Origin: a virus
Lineage: Duplodnaviria; Caudoviricetes
IMG/VR virus record: IMGVR_UViG_3300009095_000024
Span: 1 to 45,911 of that record
Direction: 5' to 3' (one strand)
Length of the DNA: 45,911 nt
The number at the start of each line of letters is the position of its first letter. Positions within the stretch are counted from its first letter, which is position 1. This document shows, in pieces, positions 35,901-45,911 of the stretch. Under the pieces are notes generated by a model. The model was given only the letters and a program-made list of their open reading frames with translations. It ran no database searches and was not told the DNA's origin. Both the position numbers and the translations under genes were made by a program.

Positions 35901-36225
35901 AAACATCGACCGCAAGGGCGAGCACCTGTCTCGCTGTGACACGTGCGGGGTGATGTGGCTCCGGAGCGCCCTCCGCCGCGGACGCGACGGGCTGCTGCGC
36001 TGTGAGAACGACCGCCCCGGCCGCGACGAGCTGACCCTCGCCGAGCTCACGGCGGCACGGGCGGCGGCCATCAGCGACCGGCTGGCGACGCGCGCCCCCG
36101 CCGACGGCGCCGTGCCCGACACGGACTCGGCGGGGGACCCGAGCTCGACGTCGAGCTACACGGGGCCGACGCGGCGGCTCACCATCGAGGACGCTTACGA
36201 CGGCACTGTGCCGGGGGGATTCTAA
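35881..36225 (+). CDS. Small Cys-containing protein
   Basis: CDTCG...L....DGLLRC; GGAGG RBS. Confidence 0.65.
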   Translation: MPRSVPRNIDRKGEHLSRCDTCGVMWLRSALRRGRDGLLRCENDRPGRDELTLAELTAARAAAISDRLATRAPADGAVPDTDSAGDPSSTSSYTGPTRRLTIEDAYDGTVPGGF

Positions 36226-36954
36226 ATGCCCGTCTCGACGACGCCCGGCACCCCGATCGACATCAACACCCTGATCCTGCTCGCCTACAAGCGCGCGGGA
36301 CTCTTGCCCGTCGAGGCGACCACGACGGGCGCCAACATGACGGCCAAGCTCGGGCACGGGCGGCAGCTGCTCGACCTGATCCTCGATGGGCTCGCCGTCG
36401 AGGGCTTCGTGGCGCGCACGATGGCCTTCTACGACCTGGCCATCGTGGCGGGGACGTCGAGCTACACGATGCCGAGCACGGTCCTCGACGTCTTCGAAGA
36501 CGCGATGTTCATCCCGGACGACAACGCCGACACGCTGCACACGCAGGGCGAGCTCGTCTGCAAGCAGATGGACATGGCGACCTACCAGACCCTGACGAAC
36601 AAGGGGTCGGAGTCGACGCGCCCGCAGCTGTACGTGGCGCTGCGGGACGGCGCGGACGTCGTGCTCCGATTCTGGCCGGTGCCGAGCGAGGCGGGCACGA
36701 TGCGGGTCAAGACCGTGCGCCTGCTCGGCGGCAACAGCGACGGGTCGCTCAACCCCGACCTCGGGCGCTACTGGTACGACGCGCTCGTGTGGATGCTGGC
36801 GCACTACCTCGCGGTGGACTCCAGCATGCCGCCCGAGACGGTGGCGGCGCTCGCGAGCACGGCCGAGATGAAAAAGAAGGCGTGCGTGCGGTACTCGTTC
36901 GAGCACACCGGCACGCAGGCCATGGTCAGCTACCCCACGCAGTGGTGCGGGTGA
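36226..36954 (+). CDS. Head-tail adaptor / tail tubular protein A-like
   Basis: LI..AYKRAG, G..SY..P, K....RP..Y, FWPVP pattern; position. Confidence 0.65.
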   Translation: MPVSTTPGTPIDINTLILLAYKRAGLLPVEATTTGANMTAKLGHGRQLLDLILDGLAVEGFVARTMAFYDLAIVAGTSSYTMPSTVLDVFEDAMFIPDDNADTLHTQGELVCKQMDMATYQTLTNKGSESTRPQLYVALRDGADVVLRFWPVPSEAGTMRVKTVRLLGGNSDGSLNPDLGRYWYDALVWMLAHYLAVDSSMPPETVAALASTAEMKKKACVRYSFEHTGTQAMVSYPTQWCG

Positions 36955-37014
36955 TGTGGCGCGGCTGCGCACGGATCGCTGCGGGAGCTGCCTCGACGAG
37001 CGGGGGCTGCTCGT

Positions 37015-38610
37015 ATGCCCTCTGAGGCCCAAGCAGCCCCGATCCCCTTCGGCCCGATCCTCGAGACGAGCAGCGAAGAGATCGCCGGCGCCTCCCCCGA
37101 GGCCTACAACGTCGTGGTCGACACCCGAGGAGCGCTCCGCAAGCGCCCCGGCATCGGCGCCTACGCGGTCGCTCCCTCTACTGCCATCGACGCAAACGGG
37201 GTGCTCGGGCTGTACCTCACGGAGGACCGGGTAGCGCACACGAGCGGGTCCGACACGGTCAGCGGCACGCACCCCGGGGTGCTGTACGCGGTGGGCGCGA
37301 CGGTGAACGCCTCGGGCAGCGGGCACAACGCCGGGCGCAACATCTACCGGATTGCGGGCGGCACGGCGACGCTGCTCACGGGCACGACGGACGAGGACCG
37401 GCTCTCGACGCCGGGGGCCCTCGCGACGACGCGCTTTCCGCGCCCGACGTTCGCGGAGACCGAGGCGCTGCTCATCCTGGCGGGCGGGGCGGAGATGGCC
37501 AAGATCGACATCCGCCCGGAGACGTTCGCGGCGCCCAACTTCTCGACCAACGCGGACTACCACGACGTGAGCTTTCTCGGCGGCTGCCCGCCGCTGGCGA
37601 GCCACGTCCTGACGATTTCGAGCCGCATCCTCGCCAACGATACCCAGCTCGACACGACCAAGATCCGCTACTCGGACATCAGCCAGGGCATCGTCGACTT
37701 CTCGGGGCACGAGTCGTGGGATCCGAGCCCGGGCGCCGCGGGCTTTTTCACGGCGGAGGCGCGGAGCGACTCGATCGTCGCCGCCTACGAGAACACGAAC
37801 GACATCTTCCTCTTCGGGCGGACGAGCCTGCAGCTCTTCGCGCCGGACTCGTCCGTCACGTTCGCACCGAGCATCACGCGGGAGACGGGCTGCCTGGCGC
37901 CCTTCTCCCCGGTGAAGCTCGACGACCGGTTCGTGTGGCTCGACCACCAGACCCGGATCGTGGTCAGCGACGGGCGGCAATGGGAGGACCTCGGCAAGCC
38001 GGTGCAGGCGACGCTCGACGACCTGGCGGCTCCCGAGGAGTGCTACGGCTACCGCTTCACCGAGCAGTACGCCGACTGCATCGTCTTCCGCTTCGAGACG
38101 GACGCGGAGACGCTCGTGCTGCAGCCCGGCATCGGCTGGGGGCGCTGGGCGGGGTTCGACGAGGGCTTTACGATGCTGCCCGTCCTCTCGCATCACCTGC
38201 GCAAGGATGGGGGACTGAACGTCGTGGGGCTGAGCGACGGCACGGTCCGGACGCTCAGCTTCGACAACACGACGGACCTCGGCGACCCGATCGTCGCCTA
38301 CGTGACGACGGGCTTCATCGACCGGGGCACCGACAACCTCAAGCGAACGATCGCCGTGAAGCTCGCGTTCAAGCGAACGGCGGCACTGAGCAACGGCGTG
38401 ACCTGCACGCTCGGGTGGCGCGACAGTCTCACGGCGGACTGGAGCGAAATCGAGCTGGATCTGGGCGTCGCCGATGGCAACCTGGACCCTGTCGTCGAGC
38501 TGCGTTCGCTCGGCATCTATCGCCGCCGGCAGTGGCGGTTCCGCTTCCCGGACGAGGCCACGCTGTGCCTGGCGCGGGTGACGGAGACGTTCACCATTTT
38601 GGACACGTGA
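37015..38610 (+). CDS. Tail hub / P22 gp10-like stabilisation protein
   Basis: N......GALRKRPG, FFTAE..SD.IV, GC.APFS and LGI.RRR..RF motifs. Confidence 0.7.
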   Translation: MPSEAQAAPIPFGPILETSSEEIAGASPEAYNVVVDTRGALRKRPGIGAYAVAPSTAIDANGVLGLYLTEDRVAHTSGSDTVSGTHPGVLYAVGATVNASGSGHNAGRNIYRIAGGTATLLTGTTDEDRLSTPGALATTRFPRPTFAETEALLILAGGAEMAKIDIRPETFAAPNFSTNADYHDVSFLGGCPPLASHVLTISSRILANDTQLDTTKIRYSDISQGIVDFSGHESWDPSPGAAGFFTAEARSDSIVAAYENTNDIFLFGRTSLQLFAPDSSVTFAPSITRETGCLAPFSPVKLDDRFVWLDHQTRIVVSDGRQWEDLGKPVQATLDDLAAPEECYGYRFTEQYADCIVFRFETDAETLVLQPGIGWGRWAGFDEGFTMLPVLSHHLRKDGGLNVVGLSDGTVRTLSFDNTTDLGDPIVAYVTTGFIDRGTDNLKRTIAVKLAFKRTAALSNGVTCTLGWRDSLTADWSEIELDLGVADGNLDPVVELRSLGIYRRRQWRFRFPDEATLCLARVTETFTILDT

Positions 38611-38620
38611 GAGGCGCGAC

Positions 38621-39190
38621 ATGAACTTTCTCGGCGGCGCATTGGAGGTCGGGTCCCTCGGGCTCTTGAACGAGGACATGATGTCGGGGATCCCTGGCGT
38701 CGGGTCCCTCACGCAGTCCATGCCGGACGAGTACAAAGAGCTATTGGCGATGCAGAGGAAGCTCGCCGAGGACGCGAAGCTGCAGCGCGACCGCAGCCGA
38801 CGTGCCGGGCTGAACGCGATGGGGCAGAGCCTGCTCGCCTTCAACCCGCGCAACCAGGTGATGGCCCAAATGTTCGGGCCGGAGGCGGCGTTCACGCCCG
38901 ACCAGTTCGCAGCCATGGCGGCCGACCCCTTCGGCGGGCCCGAGCCCGACGCGGCGCAGCCGCAGATCGACGGCGGCTACCTCAAGGACGTTTTCGAGAA
39001 CGGCGGCAAGCTCCCCGGGCCGCCCCCGACGAGTGCCCCCATGATCGACCCCGGCTACCTCGCCCGCAAGGAGCAGTGGGCGGAAGAGGAGAAGCGGCGC
39101 ATCGCGCGCCTACGCGCCGGCATTGCGCCGGTCCCCGCCGGGCCGCCCGTCATCGGCGGGCCCGCGCCCATGGCGCGGAGGAGAGGCTGA
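38621..39190 (+). CDS. Putative ejection/pilot protein
   Basis: Gly/Met-rich N-terminus; position. Confidence 0.5.
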   Translation: MNFLGGALEVGSLGLLNEDMMSGIPGVGSLTQSMPDEYKELLAMQRKLAEDAKLQRDRSRRAGLNAMGQSLLAFNPRNQVMAQMFGPEAAFTPDQFAAMAADPFGGPEPDAAQPQIDGGYLKDVFENGGKLPGPPPTSAPMIDPGYLARKEQWAEEEKRRIARLRAGIAPVPAGPPVIGGPAPMARRRG

Positions 39191-39193
39191 GCC

Positions 39194-40999
39194 ATGGGCT
39201 ACCAGCAAAACCCGAGCACGGGTGAGACGTACTGGGTCAACGACTCGCCGCCCACGGGCGGCTATGGCGAGCAGGGCTACCAAGACCCTTTCGCCGGCAT
39301 GGGCGAGGGGCCTCGCGGCCACCAGTACGCGACCGGCAATCGCCCCGCCGGGAGCGCGGGGAAGGGCCTACTCGGCGCCGCCACGGGCGGGCTGATGCAG
39401 GGCGCGCAGACGGCGGCCACGGCGATACAGAATGCGGCCCGTCCGCAGCAGCCACCGCAGCCGCAGCCGCAGCCGGACTACTCCATGCCGCAGGGCGACG
39501 GGGCGCTGCGCGACCCGGGGAACAACCTGCTCAACCCGGGATGGGCGGAGCAGGCCTTCAACTACACGCAGAACCAATACCTCGACAACCCCTACGCGGC
39601 GGAGCAGATGAACGCCTACGGGGATCTGACGATGCCCACGCAGGGCGAGCGCCAGATCAGCCAGAACATGGGCACCCTGTCCGGACCCGGGCAAGGCGAT
39701 CAGTATTGGAACAAGGTCAGCGGGCAGTTTCAGGACCCGTTCGCTGGCGAGCAATACACCCGCGAGGCCACGCAGAACTTCTCCCCCACGGGGGCGGCCG
39801 GCGCCTTCTACGACCAGGCGCAGGGGCAATACGACCAGTTCACGAACTACCAGGGCCCCGGCAACACGCAGGGGCAATACAACGCGAGCTCGGGCGCGCT
39901 GTCGGGGGGCACGGCGGGCGAGGGGCACATGGAGCAGCTGCTGCAGCAGCAGGGCACGACGGGCACCTTCTCGGACCCGAACCGCGCCGCGGGGCAGTAC
40001 GAGCAGACCCAGGGCGCCTTCGGCGACATGCCCATCGCCGACTTCGACCCGTTCTACGACCGGGCGAGGCAGCTCGCGACGCAGGACTACAACCGGCAGA
40101 GCGCGGGCCGCGGCGTGTACGGCTCGAGCGAGGCGCTCTCCGGCGTCGGCAACGTGATCACGGACATTGAGGCGCAGCGGGCGAACCGCTCCTTCGACGC
40201 CGAGATGCAGCGAGCGCAAGAGCAGCGCGCCCGCCAACAGCTGCTCGGCGAGCAGGCCCGCATGGGCGACCTGTCCGGCATCGAGGGCTACAAGGCGAAC
40301 CTGCAGGGGACGGAGACCTACGGCAACCTCGCCAAGGGCATGGGCGAGCTGGAGATCGACCGCCACGAGGCGCTCGGCAGCATGGCGAACCAGGCCGACA
40401 GCCAGGCGCGCGACGCGCAGGACCTCAACTTGCGCGGCGTGCAGACCTACGGCGACCTCGCGGGCCAAGCCGACCGGGCGGAGACCGACCGCTACACGGC
40501 AAGCACCGGCGCCATGAACCAGGCGGACCGCAACCAGACGGACCGTCTGCGGACGGGCGCCGACATCGCGCAAGGGGTCGACGAGGGCAACCGCGCCGAC
40601 TTCACCGCCGAGGCGAACGCCGCATTCCAAGGGGGCAACCTCGAGCTCGACCGCCAGAAGGAGCGCGGCGACCGCCTGCAGAGCATGGGCGACGACCAGC
40701 TGAAGCGCCTCGAGTCCTTCATGGGCGCCGCCAACACCGCGGAGGCCAACCGCATGACGCGCCAGATCGCCAAGCTGCAGGAAGTCGGGGCCTACACCCA
40801 GGACGTGCAGAACGCCATCGGCGGCGCCATGAGCGCCCTGCTCAGCGGCGACCAGGCGGCTTTCGACCAGGTGATGCAGAGCCAGATCGCCCCGGCGCTG
40901 CAGGCCGCCGGCTTCAGCCAGCAGCAGACGCAGCAATTCATCCAAGAGATCGGGCTCGTCATCCAGGGCTACGCCGCCAGTAACGCCGGGAAGAAGTAA
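39194..40999 (+). CDS. Internal virion (ejection) protein
   Basis: Q/G/A-rich; SAGRGVYGSS motif. Confidence 0.65.
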   Translation: MGYQQNPSTGETYWVNDSPPTGGYGEQGYQDPFAGMGEGPRGHQYATGNRPAGSAGKGLLGAATGGLMQGAQTAATAIQNAARPQQPPQPQPQPDYSMPQGDGALRDPGNNLLNPGWAEQAFNYTQNQYLDNPYAAEQMNAYGDLTMPTQGERQISQNMGTLSGPGQGDQYWNKVSGQFQDPFAGEQYTREATQNFSPTGAAGAFYDQAQGQYDQFTNYQGPGNTQGQYNASSGALSGGTAGEGHMEQLLQQQGTTGTFSDPNRAAGQYEQTQGAFGDMPIADFDPFYDRARQLATQDYNRQSAGRGVYGSSEALSGVGNVITDIEAQRANRSFDAEMQRAQEQRARQQLLGEQARMGDLSGIEGYKANLQGTETYGNLAKGMGELEIDRHEALGSMANQADSQARDAQDLNLRGVQTYGDLAGQADRAETDRYTASTGAMNQADRNQTDRLRTGADIAQGVDEGNRADFTAEANAAFQGGNLELDRQKERGDRLQSMGDDQLKRLESFMGAANTAEANRMTRQIAKLQEVGAYTQDVQNAIGGAMSALLSGDQAAFDQVMQSQIAPALQAAGFSQQQTQQFIQEIGLVIQGYAASNAGKK

Positions 41000-41002
41000 C
41001 CC

Positions 41003-43303
41003 ATGGCCGTCTCGACTGACCAGCTGCTTTTCAAGCTCAACCCGATGAACATCAGCGGGATCCAGCAAGGGCTGGAGAGCCTGCAGCAGAGCTCCATCGA
41101 GCGGCAGCGCCTGGCGCAAGCCAGGGAGCAGCTCGAGGAGACGCGCCGCCGCCACCAGGAAGACGAGCGGCTGCGCAAGATCGCCGAGCAGAACCAGATG
41201 CAGCGCCACACCGAGGGGCTGGCGCGCGAGCGGGAGGCTGAGCAGATCCGGCGCCAGGACACTCTCGGGAAGGAGTTCGCGGGGCGCCTGGCAGGCGGCG
41301 ACGTCGCAGGCGCGAACGTCTTCGCGGCGCTCGCGCCGAGCGTCGGCATGGCCATCAACGTCGAGGGCATGACGGACGGGCTGCCGCGCTACCGGATCGA
41401 TCACGACCCGGAGGCGACGGCGGCGCGCGAGGCAGAGGAGGCCGAGATGTTCGCCGAGCTGCCGGACGAGACGGCGACGGAGTCGCTCGGCAGGATGAAT
41501 GTCCTCGGGCTCGACACCGCGGACGAGCGCGGCACGCTCGACCCCCCGATCGGCATGGGCGGGCAGGAGGCCTTCGGAGCGGCGCAGGAAGCGAGCCGAT
41601 TCTTCGAGGACACGGGCGTGCCGATGGCGGGGCCCGACGAGGAGGACCTGCTCGGCGGCATCCCGCGCGACGTCGTCGACATGGGCGCGCTGCGCGACAT
41701 GACCATGCGCAAGCTCAGGCCCGGCATGCAGAGCCTGGTCGAGGCCTACCCCGAGGTCTACCAAGACAGCGCCGACAAGACCGCGCAGGGCGTGATGGAG
41801 CTCAATCTGCCGCCGAAGGAGACGGCGGAGCTATTCGACCAGCTGCGCGGCGGCGGGCCCGACGCGCTCATTGGGCAAGGCATCGCGGCCGACGCGGCAC
41901 GGACCAAGCGCGGCGAGATGACCTTCAAGGACGAGTTCGACATCCTCGAGGGCGGGCGCAACCGGGGCGACAAGCTGGCGCAGTCGTACGCGGTGCGGGA
42001 CATCGTCGAGCGCCGCCAGCCGCTCTCCTCTGCGCTGCAGGTGCTGAACAACGAGACCGACGAGGACGACTACCTGGTCGGAGCGCCCGTCGCCCGAATC
42101 GTCTTCGGAGAGAAGGGCGCCACGACGGACCCCGACGTCCAGCGCGTGCTCGGCGACGAGGCCTCGTCGTTCTTCGATAGCCTGAAAAAGCAGGCCTACA
42201 AGCAAGCGTTCGGCGGCCTCAGCCCGGAGAAAAAGCAGGCACTGCGCGAGGTGCTCCAGGCGAAGCAGCTCTACGACGCGCGCCAGGTGATGGAGTACAT
42301 CGATTCCGTTTACGACGCGGCGGCGAAGTACGAGGGGCACCCCTACGGCGAAGGCCTGAAGGAGTCGCTCGCGAACGTCCCGCGCGAGTACCTGCAGCTG
42401 TACGAGCGAATGGTGGCGGACCGCGAGAAGCGCGGCCTGAGCAAGCGGCAAGCGCTCGACGAACACGTGGGCGTGCCCAACCCCGAGCTCGTCCGGGGCC
42501 AGGTCGAGCAAGAGCGGCAGCGCGGCAGCGCGGCGCCGGGGAGGCCGGCGGGGCGCGGGGGCGCGGCGGGCCCCACCGGCAGCTTCAAGATGCCGGAGAA
42601 GGACGACCCCGACGGCTTCTACACGGAGTTCAGCCGGCAAGCGAAGGCGCACGGATACGACCCGGGCAAGATCCTCCCGCTCGTCCGCACCGAGACGGCC
42701 GGGCAGATGAGCGCGAGCGCGACCAACCCCAAGAGCGGGGCGACGGGGCTGATTCAGTTCCTGGACGAGCGCATCGCCAAGAGCGTCGGGACGACCATTG
42801 CCGAGCTCAAGAAGATGAGCCGGGTCGAGCAGATCCCGTACGTGATGAAGTACCTGAAAACCCGGGGCGTCACCCCCGAGCACAGCCAGGGCGACATCTA
42901 CGTTGCGATCGCGGGGCCCGCGGCGCTGAAGGAGAACGACAACTATCCGGTCTATTCGCAGCGGCGCACGCCGCTCGATTACGAGCAGAACGCCACGCAA
43001 TGGGATCTCGACGGCGACGGGACGATCACCCGCGGCGAGCTGTCCCGCTACGGCGAGGGCGCACGGCGGCAGGGCCCCGACAAGCCGATGGGCGACGCGG
43101 ACAAGGTCCTCTACAGCAAGGGCTCGCGCGCCTACAACCTCAACAGCAACCGCGACGCGAACGAGGACGGGCACGTGACGCGGGCTGAGCTCGACGCCTC
43201 CGAAGCCGAGCGCAAGAGAGGCCGAGCGAGCACGCCCGCGCCCAAGACCGCGGCGGACCGCAAGATCGAGGCGATCATGCGCAAGCGGCGAAAGGCGGAG
43301 TGA
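41003..43303 (+). CDS. Internal virion protein with lytic transglycosylase domain
   Basis: ET.G....A.NPKSGATGLIQF SLT motif; two DxDxDG.IT..EL-type motifs. Confidence 0.75.
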   Translation: MAVSTDQLLFKLNPMNISGIQQGLESLQQSSIERQRLAQAREQLEETRRRHQEDERLRKIAEQNQMQRHTEGLAREREAEQIRRQDTLGKEFAGRLAGGDVAGANVFAALAPSVGMAINVEGMTDGLPRYRIDHDPEATAAREAEEAEMFAELPDETATESLGRMNVLGLDTADERGTLDPPIGMGGQEAFGAAQEASRFFEDTGVPMAGPDEEDLLGGIPRDVVDMGALRDMTMRKLRPGMQSLVEAYPEVYQDSADKTAQGVMELNLPPKETAELFDQLRGGGPDALIGQGIAADAARTKRGEMTFKDEFDILEGGRNRGDKLAQSYAVRDIVERRQPLSSALQVLNNETDEDDYLVGAPVARIVFGEKGATTDPDVQRVLGDEASSFFDSLKKQAYKQAFGGLSPEKKQALREVLQAKQLYDARQVMEYIDSVYDAAAKYEGHPYGEGLKESLANVPREYLQLYERMVADREKRGLSKRQALDEHVGVPNPELVRGQVEQERQRGSAAPGRPAGRGGAAGPTGSFKMPEKDDPDGFYTEFSRQAKAHGYDPGKILPLVRTETAGQMSASATNPKSGATGLIQFLDERIAKSVGTTIAELKKMSRVEQIPYVMKYLKTRGVTPEHSQGDIYVAIAGPAALKENDNYPVYSQRRTPLDYEQNATQWDLDGDGTITRGELSRYGEGARRQGPDKPMGDADKVLYSKGSRAYNLNSNRDANEDGHVTRAELDASEAERKRGRASTPAPKTAADRKIEAIMRKRRKAE

Positions 43304-45911
43304 TGGAAGAGGAGCCCCTCAGCCCCGAGGAATACCGCATCGTCCAGCAGGCGCTCGCCTCCGGTGAGCTGACGGGTGAGTACCGCGATTGGGCCATGGC
43401 GCAGGTGCAGGCTCAGCAGGCGGCCGAGCCCGAGCCGATGGCGTTAGAGCCGAAGGCCAAAGCCGAGCCCGCCCCGTCCCCCGGCGGCAAGCCGACGCGG
43501 CGCCAAACGGTGACCATGCTCGCCGACCCGAAGCAACAACGCCAATGGGTGCCGCGTGACGACGCCGAGCGAAAGGTGTGGCGCGGGCTGTACGGCACGG
43601 AACCGCCGCCCCCGCGCAATGAGCCCGAGCCCGAGCCCATGGCGGCGGACGCGGGCGGCGAGCGCGCCCCCGACGCGGGCGCCGGGATGCCGGAGGAGGA
43701 GCTGCCGCCGATGGGGCCGCCCCTGCCGCCGCCGGAGGAGGAGCTGCCGCCGATGGGGCCGCCCCTGCCCCCGGACTACGGCTACGAGCAGGACCCGGAG
43801 GAGGAGGAGGAGCTCGCGCCGATCGGGGGCGAGCCGCTGACTCCCGAGGAGCAGGCGGACAACCCGAACGCCGCGTATTCCGACTTCTTCGGCTACGAGG
43901 TGGGGGGCGAGATCCCGATCGACCCGACGCTGCCGACGTTCCCGCAGATCATGGCGGAGGCGCCGGCGACCAACCACCCCGAGGGCGACGTGGTCGCCGG
44001 GCACGAGTGGCTCAACGGCAAGGTCAAGGGCGACGTCGTCTTCTTCTACGAGCCGCCGCTCGAGGTCGCCCGGCGCAAGCTGATGGGCAACCCCGAGCTG
44101 ATCCGCACGCTCGGGGCCAAGGCTCCCGAGGAGGACCCGCAGGCGCGGCGCCTGCGGGAGTTCGCGGAGGCGATGCGCCTGCAGTACGACATCGAGATCC
44201 CGGTGGAGAAGGGCTCGGGCTACAGCATCGACGACTTCGCGAACAACCCGGAGCTGCTCGTCAATCTCACGGAGAAGGACCCGCTCTACAAGGCATTCGC
44301 CGACTGGGAATACCTCAACGCGATCGGCGAGGCGACGAAGGCGGGGCAAGCCGCCTACCGGGTGAGCAAGGCGCCGTGGCTAGAGGGCGGCAAGACCCAG
44401 AGCGTCCTCGACACGCTCGGCATGAAGCTCAACGCTTCGCTGAAGCCGGGCGTGGAGGGCGTGAAGGCCTTCGTGCTCGGGGTCGATGACACGGGGTACT
44501 TCCGGCTCGGGCGGCACGGGGCGGAGAACCAGCCCGTCGAGATGCGGACGGGCGGCTCCGGGCCTCTCGTGGGCGAGCACACCGGCGGCATCCCCGAGGG
44601 GGAGACCATCGCCAGCCGGAACCACATGCTGGTCGAGGAGTACCCGGAGCTATTCGCGAGCGGGCAGATGCTCGGGGCGTTCGCGCCGTGGTCCCTGGTG
44701 GCAAAGGGCTTCAACATGATCGCCCGGGCCGCGCCCACGACGGCCCCCGTCTTCCGCTCTCCTTACAAGCCGGGCATGACGCCGCGCACCCCGCCGAAGC
44801 CGCTCGGCATCGTGAGGGGGCCGGCTGTCGCGGGGGGCACCGGCGCCGGCGCGTCGGTGGCCGTGCAGGGCGTGCAAGAGGGCGCCGACGCCGCCGCCAG
44901 TCTCATGCAGAGCGGGGGCGAGGAGACGGGCACGACCATGCCCGAGGTGATGAGCCGCCTCGGTGGCGCGGCCGTGACGGGCTTCCTCGGCGGGACGAGC
45001 GGCGAGCTCATCCGGCGCGGGGCGAAGTCACACGGCGAGTTCGTGCGCGATGGCGACTATTTCGGCAAGCGCCCCGGCAAGGTGAAAAAGCTCGGCGGGG
45101 AGTTCAAGCTCGGGCGCGGGCCGGTCAAGCCGAAGGAGGTCGAGGCGCTCGAGGCGCGCGGGCGCGCGATGGACCCGGAGGCGTCGCCGACCGACATCGT
45201 CGCGCGCGAGCTCGCCCCCCACATCGAGGACGCGGTCGAGGCGCATGGCCTCGCGGCTCAACGGAAGGTGGGCGCAGCCGTCGACAAGTTCATCGCCAGC
45301 CCCGAGGGGCAGGTGAAGATGCCCCTGAAGAACTTCGTGGAGGAGTCGACGAAGGTCCTCCGGAAGATCTACGACCAGGTCAAACCCAGCGGGGCGCTGC
45401 GTCCGGTCGGGCTCAAGGGGGCGGGGCGCGACGTGAAAGACGCCTGGAATCAGGCAGTGGTCCGGGTCAGCCCCAACCAGCCGAAGGCCGGCGGAATCGG
45501 GCTCAAGCCCCGGGAGGCGCTGGCCTTCATGGACGCGGACAAGCGCGCAGAGCTCGCCAAGCAGATGAAGCTCGACAGCCAGACCGACGCTGCATTCCTG
45601 CAGGCGTTCAAGGACAAGAAGATCAGCCAGCTATGGGCGCACCCGGCGCCGCTCGACGCCGAGCACACCGAAACGGTGTTCGAGGTGCTGAAGGGCTACA
45701 GCGGGGCAAACCCGCACGACCGCTTCATGCAGCGGCTCGACGAGGCCGCTCGCCGCGACCGCGACGCGCGCCCCATGAACGGCCGGCGCGGGGCCTGGTC
45801 TGAGCTACAGGGGCAGCACGCGAAGGTGCTCACCGAGACGGAGGAGATCGGTAGAGAAGCGTCGCCGCGTGGGCGCGCCTTCAAGGCACTGGTCAACGCG
45901 GCGACGGAGAA
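43303..45911 (+). CDS. Large internal virion protein, 3'-truncated
   Basis: TGATG overlap, MEEEPLSPEEY...; appears open to the window end (absent from the ORF track for lack of a stop). Confidence 0.7.
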   Translation, partial: MEEEPLSPEEYRIVQQALASGELTGEYRDWAMAQVQAQQAAEPEPMALEPKAKAEPAPSPGGKPTRRQTVTMLADPKQQRQWVPRDDAERKVWRGLYGTEPPPPRNEPEPEPMAADAGGERAPDAGAGMPEEELPPMGPPLPPPEEELPPMGPPLPPDYGYEQDPEEEEELAPIGGEPLTPEEQADNPNAAYSDFFGYEVGGEIPIDPTLPTFPQIMAEAPATNHPEGDVVAGHEWLNGKVKGDVVFFYEPPLEVARRKLMGNPELIRTLGAKAPEEDPQARRLREFAEAMRLQYDIEIPVEKGSGYSIDDFANNPELLVNLTEKDPLYKAFADWEYLNAIGEATKAGQAAYRVSKAPWLEGGKTQSVLDTLGMKLNASLKPGVEGVKAFVLGVDDTGYFRLGRHGAENQPVEMRTGGSGPLVGEHTGGIPEGETIASRNHMLVEEYPELFASGQMLGAFAPWSLVAKGFNMIARAAPTTAPVFRSPYKPGMTPRTPPKPLGIVRGPAVAGGTGAGASVAVQGVQEGADAAASLMQSGGEETGTTMPEVMSRLGGAAVTGFLGGTSGELIRRGAKSHGEFVRDGDYFGKRPGKVKKLGGEFKLGRGPVKPKEVEALEARGRAMDPEASPTDIVARELAPHIEDAVEAHGLAAQRKVGAAVDKFIASPEGQVKMPLKNFVEESTKVLRKIYDQVKPSGALRPVGLKGAGRDVKDAWNQAVVRVSPNQPKAGGIGLKPREALAFMDADKRAELAKQMKLDSQTDAAFLQAFKDKKISQLWAHPAPLDAEHTETVFEVLKGYSGANPHDRFMQRLDEAARRDRDARPMNGRRGAWSELQGQHAKVLTETEEIGREASPRGRAFKALVNAATE
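43689..43769 (+). repeat. Tandem 42-bp duplication (PEEELPPMGPPLPP x2)
   Basis: Identical copies start at 43689 and 43731. Confidence 0.9.

Noticed and set aside
35785-41764. Very long minus-strand ORFs (1043 aa, 798 aa) and similar antisense ORFs elsewhere
   Set aside because: Shadow frames of GC3-biased + strand structural genes; Arg/Ala/Val-rich with no motifs.

Overview
High-GC (roughly 70%) tailed-phage DNA with podovirus-like architecture; no host genes are recognisable. From left to right: a 5'-truncated tail fibre gene, a lysis cluster (lipoprotein, membrane protein, M15 peptidase endolysin), and a leftward replication/recombination block (5'-3' exonuclease fused to a RecT-like domain, adenine MTase, replication initiator with internal iterons, tyrosine integrase). 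Next come two LexA-N-domain HTH regulators and a tRNA-like element with a broken anticodon arm, then a leftward array of small early-type genes separated by a conserved long-hairpin element, and a ~750 bp repeat-rich non-coding region. The packaging/structural operon follows (putative terS, terL, portal, GroES-like, scaffold, capsid, tail tube, ejection proteins; three HNH endonucleases). The standout is a compact CRISPR module between putative terS and terL: a 472-aa TnpB/Cas12f-like protein whose RuvC catalytic acidic residues appear replaced (nuclease-dead), whose 3' end runs through the last repeat of a 4-repeat/3-spacer array, with no cas1/cas2. It is a candidate phage-encoded, CRISPR-guided DNA-binding repressor. 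All protein calls come from motif recognition by eye; no database searches were run.
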